Assembly: GCA_031362565.1 (NCBI GenBank)
Contig: JANLSU010000081.1
Location: 59,768 to 123,767, forward strand
Direction: 5' to 3'
Length of the DNA stretch: 64,000 nucleotides
DNA from: a bacterium
GTDB lineage: Bacteria > Krumholzibacteriota > Krumholzibacteriia > G020349025
Within the stretch, counting starts at the first letter, position 1, and every line of letters begins with the position of its first letter. Positions 37,201-47,200 of this stretch are shown here, in pieces. The translations under genes and the position numbers were made by a program. Below the pieces are notes generated by a model that did no database searches, was not told the DNA's origin, and saw nothing but the letters and a program-made list of their open reading frames with translations.

Positions 37201-38795
37201 GGCGTCGTCCCGGCTTCGCGGAACGCCAGCTTGCGTCCATACACGTCGGTGAAGAGATCGGAGCGCGACAGTGCCGCCAAACGCTCCATGGTGAAATCTC
37301 CGGCGCCATCGGTTTCCAGCACCCAGGGCTCCGACTCCCGCAGCAGGCGCACCGTGCGAACCTTTTGCAAGTGATCGGCATCGAGCGCATTGGCGACGCG
37401 CGCCAGCGCTGCCATCTTCATGACGTCCACTCGCTCCTCACGGTCCAGCGCCACGAACTCGGGATGCGTCCGCGACGGCATCTCACCACGATGATAACGC
37501 ACGACGTTGCCGACGATCGCCATGTCGTCTTGCGACAAGCCGAAGATTTCGGCGTGCGAGAGCACGTACTGTCCGTGCAGATGATGATCCCGCAACCCGA
37601 CGAAAATGCCGACATCGTGCAACAGAGCCGCGACCTCGAGAAGAAGGCGCCGCCGCTCCGAAAGACCGTGCTCGACACGCAACTCGTCGAAGAGCCGGGT
37701 CGAGAGCGCGGCGACCTGGCGAGCGTGGGCAGCATCGTATCGGTATTTCTCACCCAGGGCCGCAGCGCTCGTCAAAACCTGGGCGCGCAGATCCTCGAAT
37801 CCGCGCCCTTCGGATGCCCCGGCCAAATCCAACATCAGACCCGCCCGCAACGACGCATCGGGCACGACGACTTCCGTTGCGGCGGTTTCGGCCAGCAATT
37901 CCCGGTACACCATGAGGGCGGGCGCCAGTGTCTCGGCATCGACGACCGGCAGCCGGTAACGATCGAGCAATTCGTCGACTTCCAGCGGTACGATTTCGTC
38001 GTGGAAAGCAAAGAACGCTTCGCGCGAAATCGTCCGGTAGCCGGGCGGATGTGGCGCATCGGAAGCGATCCGCGCCGCCGCAAAACGCACGTCACCGCCC
38101 AGTGCAATGAAATGCTGCACCTCGCGCATCGGAATATCGCGCCGGATGTCTTCGACCACGTTGTGAATGTGGCGGCGCAGGAGGCGGACGCCGTCGGCGT
38201 GCGTGCCGTGCCAGGCCGCGAGGTTCTGGCGCATCCGCAACGCGCCCAAGGCATACGTTCCGGATTGCAACGGTTCACCCTTGCGCAGAAACGACAAGTC
38301 GCCGCTCCCGCCGCCGATCTCGACCAGCAGTGCGTTGCCGTTGGTGAGTACCGCATGGTCGCCGAGCGCCCGGCGGACGGCGAGATACGTCAGGCGATTT
38401 TCCTCGGTGCCGTCGATGATTTCGACCTCGAGCCCGGTGCGCAAGCGCACCCGGTCGAGAAAACTGTCGCTGTTCGCAGCCTCGCGCACAGCGCTCGTCG
38501 CCACGGCGCGATATCGCAGCACGCCGTAGCCGTCCATGATGGAGCGAAAACCCTCGAGCGCTTTGAGAGCCGCGTCCATGGTGGCGGGGCCGAGCCGACC
38601 ATGCGTGAACGTCTCTTTGCCCAACAACACCCCGCGCGAGGCTTCTTCGAGAATGCGCGGCGTCCCGTCCGGAACGAGTTCGGCCACCAAGAGACGAATG
38701 GCGCTGGCGCCAATGTCCAACACCGCGACAGGACGTGTCGCATCGACGGCGGGATTTGCAGGCTCGGTTCCGGGGTGGTGCAAGATCGTGTCCAT
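37197..38795 (-). CDS. ppx: exopolyphosphatase / guanosine pentaphosphate phosphohydrolase (Ppx/GppA) with C-terminal HD domain
   Basis: AVLDIGASAIRLLVAE (ASKHA fold start), EIIDGTEENRLTYLAV. Start placed at ATG (MDTILHH) with GGAG 11 nt upstream. Confidence 0.85.
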   Translation of the reverse strand: MDTILHHPGTEPANPAVDATRPVAVLDIGASAIRLLVAELVPDGTPRILEEASRGVLLGKETFTHGRLGPATMDAALKALEGFRSIMDGYGVLRYRAVATSAVREAANSDSFLDRVRLRTGLEVEIIDGTEENRLTYLAVRRALGDHAVLTNGNALLVEIGGGSGDLSFLRKGEPLQSGTYALGALRMRQNLAAWHGTHADGVRLLRRHIHNVVEDIRRDIPMREVQHFIALGGDVRFAAARIASDAPHPPGYRTISREAFFAFHDEIVPLEVDELLDRYRLPVVDAETLAPALMVYRELLAETAATEVVVPDASLRAGLMLDLAGASEGRGFEDLRAQVLTSAAALGEKYRYDAAHARQVAALSTRLFDELRVEHGLSERRRLLLEVAALLHDVGIFVGLRDHHLHGQYVLSHAEIFGLSQDDMAIVGNVVRYHRGEMPSRTHPEFVALDREERVDVMKMAALARVANALDADHLQKVRTVRLLRESEPWVLETDGAGDFTMERLAALSRSDLFTDVYGRKLAFREAGTTP

Positions 38796-39015
38796 ACGCT
38801 CGGCCACTCCAACAGCGTTCCCGGTGTGGCCGCGCCGAGACTAGCAGAAGCCCAGCGATGGGCCCAGCCATGGCGCGACCGCACAGAATCGCACGGGGCG
38901 GCTGGGCGAGCGTGGTGAAGATTGTGCAAAGCCACGGCTGCGGACGGACCTCTCCAGGAGATCCTTTTCCGGGATACCTCAGAGCCTCCCGGGGCTGGCG
39001 CTGAACTTCCCGGCG

Positions 39016-39031
39016 TGGCATGCACGATGCT
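39016..39031 (+). promoter_or_regulatory. candidate sigma-54 (-24/-12) promoter TGGCAT-N5-ATGCT upstream of the ATP-grasp gene pair
   Basis: tggcatgcacgatgct: GG and GC dinucleotides with canonical spacing, about 38 nt upstream of ATG 39070. Confidence 0.35.
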
Positions 39032-39069
39032 TCCGCGACCACACCGGTTGCGGTCGAAAGGGCGCATGC

Positions 39070-40251
39070 ATGCCGAGCACATTGGCGAGTCTGGCGGCGA
39101 ATCGTGCGCCCGCCCGGCAGCGACGGCCGCTGTCCGCCGTGCCGCGCGCGCTGTTCTGGGACGCGAACAACAGTTCATCGCTGCTCGCTGCGCAGGCGTT
39201 CCTGCGTCACGGCTGGCAAATCGATTGGCTCGGCAGCGCGGATTCTCCGTGGCGGCACTCCGGCGTCTGGACGACACGCACGATTGTCTCGGGACTCAAG
39301 GACCCCGGCCTCGAGCGCATCTTCAACACGCATCCGCTTGACGCGCTGCTCTTGCACGGCGACAACCAGGTCCGGTGGATTCTCAGCAATGGTTCGCGCC
39401 TGCCGGCGCGGGCGCAGGCGCATCTTCCGAGTGCCGAGTCGCTCGAAATCGGCCTGTCGAAACAGCGTTCGATGCACCTGGCTTCGACTCTCGGTATCCC
39501 GGTGCTCGACACTGTGCTCTGCCGGTCGCGCGACGAGGTACCGGCGGCCGCGGCGCGCGTCGGCGCCGGGCGCCGCATCGTCCTGAAGGGCGAGGGCGGT
39601 GCTGCCGGCGATACGTTGGTGGGCCTCGCGGCGGGCGCCGTGCCGACGCTCGCGCAGTGGCGAGGCGTGGCCGCGCACGCACCGATCGTCATGCTGCAGA
39701 AGCGCATCACCGGTCCGCGCTACCTCGTCACGGTCGCATACGAGCGTGGGGTTGAACGCGCCGCCTGCGTGCACGAGAAAAGCATCGCCTACCCGAGCGA
39801 TTTCGGTCCTTGCGCCTTTGGCGTCACGCGACGATTGGACACACTGCACGACTACGCGGCGCGGCTCTTCGGGGCATTGCAGTGGCACGGCATCGCCGAC
39901 GTCGAATTCCGGCAGGACGCCGAAGATGGACACTGGTACTTCATGGAGATCAACCCGCGCGTGTGTGCGACGCTGGGAATCCAAGAACGTGCTGGACTCG
40001 ATCTCGTCGGCGCGTGGGTCGCGGTCTGCGAGGGGCGCGGCGCGGACGACGCACCTGGGCGCGACTATCGCGACGGTGTGACGTACGCCTGGGCGACGCG
40101 TGCACTCGCACGTTGGATGCGCGCGCCGTGGACGGTGCGCCCTTGGCAGATACGATGCCTGCTGTCGGCCAACTCCGACCTGCACCTCATGGAGCCTGCA
40201 CTGCAGGCGAATGCGCTCCGCACGGCACTCTGGATGGCGCGTCATGCTTGA
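39070..40251 (+). CDS. ATP-grasp domain protein (carboxylate-amine ligase-like), paralog 1
   Basis: WYFMEINPR motif (E-x-N-P-R of the ATP-grasp fold). Pre-ATP-grasp N-terminal domain. GEGGAAG loop. Confidence 0.7.
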   Translation: MPSTLASLAANRAPARQRRPLSAVPRALFWDANNSSSLLAAQAFLRHGWQIDWLGSADSPWRHSGVWTTRTIVSGLKDPGLERIFNTHPLDALLLHGDNQVRWILSNGSRLPARAQAHLPSAESLEIGLSKQRSMHLASTLGIPVLDTVLCRSRDEVPAAAARVGAGRRIVLKGEGGAAGDTLVGLAAGAVPTLAQWRGVAAHAPIVMLQKRITGPRYLVTVAYERGVERAACVHEKSIAYPSDFGPCAFGVTRRLDTLHDYAARLFGALQWHGIADVEFRQDAEDGHWYFMEINPRVCATLGIQERAGLDLVGAWVAVCEGRGADDAPGRDYRDGVTYAWATRALARWMRAPWTVRPWQIRCLLSANSDLHLMEPALQANALRTALWMARHA

Positions 40252-41431
40252 GAGCCTGACCCTCGAGACCGCAGCACCGGCCCGTCGAGACGCGGCCGTG
40301 GGCGAGGCTCTCGTCTGGGATTCGACGAATACATCGGCCGTCGTCATCGCCCGCGGCTTGCGGCGGCTCGGATGGCGCGTGCACTGGCTTGGGACCCCCG
40401 TGTCGCCGTGGCGGAACTGCTCCGCTTTCAATGGTGAGCACTTCCTCGTACAAGGTCTCAACGACGAGAGATTGGCGACGGTGTTCGCGGCGCGCGAGTT
40501 CGACGCCGTGTTCCTGCACGGCGACGACCAGGTGCGCTGGATTCTGGAGCACTGGAACGCCGTACCGGAGCGGGTGCGTGCCGGACTCAGTGCCCCGGAC
40601 GCGCTGCGAACTGCGCTCTCGAAGGAGCAGACGGCAAAGCTCGCCACGAGCCTCGGAGTCCCCGTCCTGCCCACGCTGCGCTGTAGCTCACCGGCGGAAG
40701 TCGCGGCGGCGGCGCAAACGCTGGCGCCGAACGGCGGTCAGATCGTGCTCAAGGGCGAAGGCGGCGCAGCAGGGTGCACCGTCGGGGCGGTCACTGCCGG
40801 CCGGGCACCGGATCATGACACGTGGGCACGCGTGACGCGTTTTTCGCCAGTCGCACTCGTGCAGCGCCGCATCGCCGGGCCGCGGGTATTCGCGAGCGTG
40901 GTGTACGAGCACGGCGTCGAGCGCGCTGCATGCATCCACGAGAAGATTGCCACTTTTCCATATGACTTTGGCCCCACGGCATTCGGGGTCACACGCCACG
41001 TCGACGCGGTGCATGACGATCTGCAGCGCATGTTCGGCGCCCTGCGCTGGCATGGCATCGCCAACGCCGAGTTCCGCCAAGACTCGAGCGACGGCCGCTG
41101 GTATTTCATGGAAATCAATCCGCGCGTCAACGCGAGCGCCGGCATTCAAGAAGCGGCGGGAATGGATATCGCGGCCACCTGGGCCGCCGTGTGCCACGGG
41201 GTGCGGCCGGCGCGGTGGCCGGGCCGCGAGTATCGTGACGGCGTGCGCTTCGCTTGGGGAGTGCGCGGCATCGCTCTCGCACTGCAAAGACCGTGGAGCG
41301 TTCCGGCATGGGGCCTGCGGAGCATGCTGGATGGCGGTTCAGATCTCGCCTATCTCGATCCGGCGCTGCGCTGGCGCGCGGCGCGTCTCGGACTATGGAT
41401 GGCCCGTCAGAACCGATTCCGCCGGCACTGA
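40244..41431 (+). CDS. ATP-grasp domain protein, paralog 2 (tandem duplicate of the upstream gene)
   Basis: Collinear similarity to paralog 1 (VWDSTNTSAVVIARGLRRLGW, LHGDDQVRWILE, LKGEGGAAG, WYFMEINPR). 8-nt overlap ATGCTTGA with paralog 1. Confidence 0.7.
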   Translation: MLESLTLETAAPARRDAAVGEALVWDSTNTSAVVIARGLRRLGWRVHWLGTPVSPWRNCSAFNGEHFLVQGLNDERLATVFAAREFDAVFLHGDDQVRWILEHWNAVPERVRAGLSAPDALRTALSKEQTAKLATSLGVPVLPTLRCSSPAEVAAAAQTLAPNGGQIVLKGEGGAAGCTVGAVTAGRAPDHDTWARVTRFSPVALVQRRIAGPRVFASVVYEHGVERAACIHEKIATFPYDFGPTAFGVTRHVDAVHDDLQRMFGALRWHGIANAEFRQDSSDGRWYFMEINPRVNASAGIQEAAGMDIAATWAAVCHGVRPARWPGREYRDGVRFAWGVRGIALALQRPWSVPAWGLRSMLDGGSDLAYLDPALRWRAARLGLWMARQNRFRRH

Positions 41432-42682
41432 ATGCTCGTCAAGCACCGGCAGCGCCGCCGCGGTCGTTGCCGGGGCCGTCGTAGATGCGCCGCGCTGCTT
41501 CGCGTACGCCGACAGTGTCTTCGGCGCCTCGCAATCAAAACCAAGTCCCACGAGACGCATCGCATCACGATGTTCCAGGTGACGCCCAAGGCACGTCGCG
41601 AGCAGCCCATAGCCGTCGGTCACTTGCGGACTCTCCAGATCCCACATGTCGTTGGCCTCGACGAACACCGGCCCTGCCGGCGTGAAACCCAAGTCCCAGC
41701 CGAGGCAAGCGTTCATCGGCACGGCGCGCGCCGCGCGCCGCACGAGATCCACTGCATGATCCCACCCGGGAACGATCGTCCCCTCGATGGGCAAGCCGCT
41801 CGCGGGATGAGCCACGGTAGTACGAACAACGCCCGAAATCTTTTGCAGTCCGCTTCCCAGCCGCCCCGTCGCAGGGTCGATACGCGCCGCGATGTTCCCT
41901 TGACTGAAGTTGTCGACCGCGCTCATCCCCGTGCCGATGCGTAACACAGCACCGACGATCTCGACCTGACCGCGTTCATCCATCACCGTCACGATGCGCG
42001 CCGTGTGCAGGACACCCGGAGCGAAACGCGCCAGGGTCGGGTGCGGGCGCAAGCGCCGTTCAATGAGGTATCCCGCCGGCGTCATGCCGGCGTTCAAGCG
42101 CGCGGCAAGGGATTCAGCGCTAATCCGCTCCTCGCCCACGCCGCGCCAAGTGGCCGTGCCCAGACGCTCACCGAGCGCCACCAGACCTCGCCCACGGTTG
42201 CCGCGCGTCAGCTTGAAGACGACTTCTTCGATGCGTTCGCTCTCGAGCCACTGGAAGAGTTCGGCGACGCAGGTGAGCGGCTGCCCCGTCTCCGCCCGCC
42301 CGGCGGGACCGAAGTGACCGAGAAGCGGCGCGACCGGGAGCCCGGCCTGCGCCAGGAAGCGCGAGAAAACCAGTTTGTCCTGGGTCAGCGACCGGTAGGA
42401 GTACGGGTTGAACGCTTGGATCCATCGCCAATGGTCCATGACGCCCAAGTACTCGCACTTGGCGTCCCAGGGGACAGCGCGTGAGTCCAGACCATACTTG
42501 TAGTAATCCGTCGCGGTGATTCCTCGCCGTGCGAGGAGGACACACTGTTCCGCAATGCGGCGCGCAAGCGCTGCTTGACCGCCGTGGCGGAGGTGGATCG
42601 GGACCCCGGCCAACATCTCGGCCGCATATCGAGCCCAATTTCCACAGGCGCGCAGTTGTCGCATTTCCAGAGCCTTTTGCAT
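41393..42682 (-). CDS. ATP-grasp-like protein (possibly sugar-transfer-associated ATP-grasp type)
   Basis: Start at MQKALEM... (the upstream track-ORF extension is low-complexity Arg-rich). Region GVLHTARIVTVMDERGQVEIVGAVLRIGTG...NFSQGN resembles RimK/ATPgrasp_ST-like folds. Assignment tentative. Confidence 0.45.
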   Translation of the reverse strand: MQKALEMRQLRACGNWARYAAEMLAGVPIHLRHGGQAALARRIAEQCVLLARRGITATDYYKYGLDSRAVPWDAKCEYLGVMDHWRWIQAFNPYSYRSLTQDKLVFSRFLAQAGLPVAPLLGHFGPAGRAETGQPLTCVAELFQWLESERIEEVVFKLTRGNRGRGLVALGERLGTATWRGVGEERISAESLAARLNAGMTPAGYLIERRLRPHPTLARFAPGVLHTARIVTVMDERGQVEIVGAVLRIGTGMSAVDNFSQGNIAARIDPATGRLGSGLQKISGVVRTTVAHPASGLPIEGTIVPGWDHAVDLVRRAARAVPMNACLGWDLGFTPAGPVFVEANDMWDLESPQVTDGYGLLATCLGRHLEHRDAMRLVGLGFDCEAPKTLSAYAKQRGASTTAPATTAAALPVLDEHSVPAESVLTGHP

Positions 42683-42726
42683 GCAATCCAGCTCATCGCC
42701 ACCAGCACCATTCGTACCGCGTGATG

Positions 42727-44196
42727 TCAGGAGAGGGCGAGCGCCGCCGGCCGCAGCTCGGCGTCGATGTCGCGGCCCATGCGCGACGAGATCTCGACAA
42801 CCGCCTGGACGTCCGCATTCCGCGTGTTGAAGTTCACGATGCAGGCGCGCAGCACGTAACGGCCGCGAATCACCGCATTCGAGACGAAGGCTTCGCCACC
42901 CACCTGCATGCGGGCAAGCACTTCCCTGTTGAGTGTATCGAGGTACTCGTCGACCGCCGCTTCGCCGATGCGGCCGCGCAGATCGGGCGGCACACAGCGG
43001 TAGGTCGTAATGCTCAAGCTGCAGGTCATGAATTCGAGGTCCGGCGTGCGGCGAACCGCTGTGGCCATCGATTCTGCAAGGGCGATGTCGTCGGCGATCA
43101 TGCGCCGGTAGCCGGCAGCGCCGGCCTGCCGGAGTGCCAGCCACACTTTGAGGGCCCGGAAGCCGCGCGAATTCTGCGGGCTGAAGTCGACGTAGTTCAG
43201 CGCGCTCTCGCCAAAGTGGTAGTAGGGCGGATGGTACGAGAACGCTTTGCGCATCAACTCGACATCCCGCACCAACGCGCAACCGGCTTCGAGCGGCGCG
43301 TACAGCCACTTGTGCGGGTCGACGGCGACCGAATCGGCGTCACTCAAGGCGCGTAGGTCGGCTGGAACACCATCCACCGCGGCCGCGAATCCGCCGTAAG
43401 CGCCATCGACGTGGAACCAGAGCCGCTCTTTCTTGCATAACGCGGCGATGGCCGCGAGCGGATCGATCGCGCCCGTACTCACGGAACCCGCGGTGCCCAC
43501 CACCATGAACGGCAGGTCGCCGGCGGCGCGGTCGGCGGTGATTTGCCGTTCGAGCTGCGCCACGTCCATACGCAGGTCGTCGCCGGTCGGGATGAACCGA
43601 ATCGTGTCGGTCCCCAGCCCCGCGAGGTCGGCCGCTTTGTGAATCCAGGTATGCGTTTCCGCCGATGCGTAGGCCCGCAACGTCCGGCCGCCTGCCAACC
43701 CCTTGGCGCGCACATCCCAGTCGGCCATCGCCGCTCGGGCCGCCCAAAGGCCAACCATGTTCGCCATGTTGCCGCCACTCACGAGCACGCCGCCGCAATC
43801 GGCCGGGTAGCCGATCAACTCGGCGATCCAGCGCGCCGTTTGCGATTCGATTTCGCTCGCAGCCGGCGACAGGATCCACGCGCCGCAGTTCGGGTTCACA
43901 GCTGCTGCGAGCAGATCCGCGAGCATGCCGATCGGCGCCGGCGATGACGTGATGTAACCCAGAAATCGCGGGTGGCCGTTGAACAATGAATGGTCGAACA
44001 GGAGGCGCGCGGTTTCTGCGAGCAGCGGCCCCGGCGCGAGCCCGTGTTCAGGCAGCGGGCCATTGAGGTCCAGCGCGGCGCGCACCGCGGCGGGCGATTC
44101 GCCTGGGGTCACGGGCCGCGATGGCACCGAAGCCAACAGTTCGGCGAGTTGGTCGACGCGCCCGTGCCCAGCGGCGCGAAACGCGGCGGGATCCAT
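42727..44196 (-). CDS. PLP-dependent group II amino-acid decarboxylase
   Basis: N-terminus MDPAAFRAAGHGRVDQLAELL resembles DDC/GAD-family starts. PLP-lysine motif DSVAVDPHKW. Start at the internal ATG rather than the GTG at 44262. Confidence 0.8.
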   Translation of the reverse strand: MDPAAFRAAGHGRVDQLAELLASVPSRPVTPGESPAAVRAALDLNGPLPEHGLAPGPLLAETARLLFDHSLFNGHPRFLGYITSSPAPIGMLADLLAAAVNPNCGAWILSPAASEIESQTARWIAELIGYPADCGGVLVSGGNMANMVGLWAARAAMADWDVRAKGLAGGRTLRAYASAETHTWIHKAADLAGLGTDTIRFIPTGDDLRMDVAQLERQITADRAAGDLPFMVVGTAGSVSTGAIDPLAAIAALCKKERLWFHVDGAYGGFAAAVDGVPADLRALSDADSVAVDPHKWLYAPLEAGCALVRDVELMRKAFSYHPPYYHFGESALNYVDFSPQNSRGFRALKVWLALRQAGAAGYRRMIADDIALAESMATAVRRTPDLEFMTCSLSITTYRCVPPDLRGRIGEAAVDEYLDTLNREVLARMQVGGEAFVSNAVIRGRYVLRACIVNFNTRNADVQAVVEISSRMGRDIDAELRPAALALS

Positions 44197-44292
44197 TCGG
44201 AGCGGCACATCGCGGGTCGTTGCATCAGGCGTCGAATTCGGCGTCGTTGGATTCAGTGTCACACCTTCAGGAGAGGGGCGCTCCGCGCGCGC

Positions 44293-47200
44293 TTACGGAC
44301 GCACGACCACTGCTTTGCGGGTGGCGACGAATTCATCGGCCCGCAGGCGCACCAAGTACACGCCGCGCCGCACGAGGGCGCCGGTCGCGTCGCGCCGGTC
44401 CCAACTGACGGCATAAAGTCCCGCTCCCCGCGTGCCTTGCTCGAGGCTGCGGATGCGGCGCCCGGCCACGTCGAAGATCTCCAAACGCAAATCACGCGCA
44501 CCGCGCTCCAATGCGTACTCGATGCGGACGACCGTGCCATCCTGCCACGGTTCGCCGAGGAAAGTGTGCAAGACAGCCGCGGGCGCCGGCGGCATGTCCG
44601 GCACGTCGGTCGGCACGAGCGTCACGACGGTGTAGACGAAAACGCGCCCGTCCGGCGGGTACGTGCTCGCACCGACCAACACGTCACGGTGCCCATCTCC
44701 GGTCACATCCCGATCCGCTGCCACGGCCGCACCGAAACGGGTTCCGGGGGTTCCCAGCAGCACGGCGGCCGGAAGGTCGTCGGCATTTGAACCTCCAGCG
44801 AAAATCAGCACCCGCAATGCTGCACCGCCGACGGGGTTCAGCGTCCCCACTGCCAGATCCGCGTCGCCATCGCCATCGAGGTCGCCGGCCGACAGACTGG
44901 CGCCCAGTTGCTCACCCGCCGACGGCGAGTCGTACACCCAGTCGGCCGTCACATTCAACACGCCTGGACCGCCGCGAAACACGCTGACGCGACCGCCGAT
45001 GCCGCGCCCCGGCGCGCCAACAATAACGTCGGACCAGCCGTCACCGTCGAAGTCGGCGGCGGTGATCGCATCCCCGAACCGGCCGCCATCGCCGTTCAGT
45101 ACCAAGTCCGGCGAGCCGTCCACCGACGGGCCCCCGAAGTACACGTACACGGCGCCAAAATCGGTGCCGCCGACATCATTGTCCGGCGCCCCGACAAGGA
45201 AGTCTTGGTATCCGTCGCCGTTCAAGTCGCCGCCACGCGCCGCACGCGTGCCGAATCTCTCGCCGGGAGACTGCGCCACCAGGAAGCGGTCGGGATTCGT
45301 GTCGAAGGCCGGACCGCCAAAGTACAAGAACCCAAGTCCATTGAATGCGCCGGGGATGCCGATGAGCAGGTCGTCGTACCCGTCGGCATTGACATCACCG
45401 ACGCCGGCCAGCCCCTCACCCATGTGACCGCCGGGACTTGAACCGGTGAAAACGCGGTCCGCGAAAACGTCGAGATTAGGGCCACCCAGGTACGCGTACA
45501 GCCTTCCCCCATCCAGCGCGCCCATGTCCGCGAGCGGGGCGGCCACCACGAAATCACCGTAGCCATCACGATTCAGGTCGCCGGCGGCGAGTGCCACGCC
45601 AAAGCCGTCGCCGGAGACTTCACCCCCGATCCCCAATTCCGGCGAACCACCGAGCGCCGTACCGCCGAACTCCAAATGCAGCCGGCCCACGCCGGGCGGG
45701 CTGATCGATTGTGCACCCGCGACCAGGTCGGCGATTCCATCGCCGCTCAAATCCGCAGTTGTAGCCAGCGGCTCGCCGAATTTGGTTTCGAAGGCAGCCG
45801 CTTCAATGAAAAATTCCGGCGGTGAGATGGTGCCCGCGGTCGCCCGCGCCGTGCACGAGAACACCTGGTGGCAGGTGGCATCTTCTGCTACGAACATGAT
45901 CGTGCTGATTTGGAACTGACCCACCGGCAATGTTGGCGCCGTGAGACTAAAGCCAACGAACGCAATTTGCCCACTGGGCACCGTGATGTTCTGCGCCACA
46001 GGCGTTCCCCAGCCGCGCGAGTCTTGGATGGTGTAGGCGAACGTTTGCGCCGACAGCGACGTGTTGAGAAGCTGGAACGTCGTCGGGCGTGCGACGCCGC
46101 TCGGCGCCAAAAAGTCGGCGGGACAAGTGACCCCGGCCGTCACCATCGCCGGGAGGACGCGCGAGACGCAGGCGATCTGGCTCAGCGGACAGCCGGTGAT
46201 CGCCACTTGAAACCGCACCGAGTCGATCTGCGTGAAGCAGAGCGGCGGGACTTGGAGAGTGATCACCGCGCTTGCCGTTTGGCCCGGCGCCACCGTCTGC
46301 GTGCCGGTGACCGGCGCACCCCAGCCACGCGTGTCGTTGAGTGAGTATTCGTACGTGCGTGCGAACAAGCCCTCATTGGTCCAACGGGCGCGGCGCTGCA
46401 CCGTGACGTTGTCGCCGACGGTGGTATCCGCCGGGCATTGCAACACCGCGGCATGAAACGGCACGACCACGTGCGACGTGCATTGGAACTCACGAGCCGG
46501 ACACGCCGTACTCGTGACATGCAGGGTAACTGCATCGTCTTGCGCTACGCACACCAGGGCCGGCGTCGTGAGTGCGTAATCGACGGTGTGTGTTTGCCCA
46601 ACGCCCAAATTCACGCTGCCCGACTGCGGCGCACCCCAGCCGAAGGCGTCGCCGGCGGAATAGTTGTACGTCAGCGAGGTCGTCGACGAGTTCGTGAAGT
46701 GGAGCAGGCGGTGGACACTTTGGCCGGCGTCGACCGTCGTGTCGACGGCACACGCAACCGTCACCGCGGAGACCGCCGTGACCGAAAGGGTCTTCGACAC
46801 TTGAACCCAAGCGCTGGGCGCCGCGCATTGGTCGCGGACGCGGGCGATCATCGTCAGCACATCGCCGCACTGCGCACCGACCGGCAACGGGCAGACCCGA
46901 GTCATGCAGAATACGCCGCCCGGGACCAGCGTCACGGTGCTCGATCCAGTGGGGCAACCGTTGGCCCAGCCCGACGTTTCGTAAACGTAGTTGCGCGTCG
47001 CCTGAGTCACATTCTGGAAGCAGAACTGCAACTGGGCCTGTTCCCCCGGCTCAGGGAGCGTGTCCAGCAGCGCGCACGTGGTGATGACCGGCGGAGCCAC
47101 TGTCCGCAGAACCGTCACTTGTTTCGTCAGTGCCGGGCTAGCGCACCCCGGCGGGATCAACGAGATGGTCACCGTGCTGCCGGCCGCACATGAAGCGCCG

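Noticed and set aside
35305-38918. Two long plus-strand ORFs (35305-37191, 37188-38918)
   Set aside because: They are antisense shadows of ppk and ppx respectively.
39175-40674. 499-aa minus-strand ORF
   Set aside because: Antisense to the ATP-grasp paralogs, whose frames carry the conserved E-x-N-P-R motifs.
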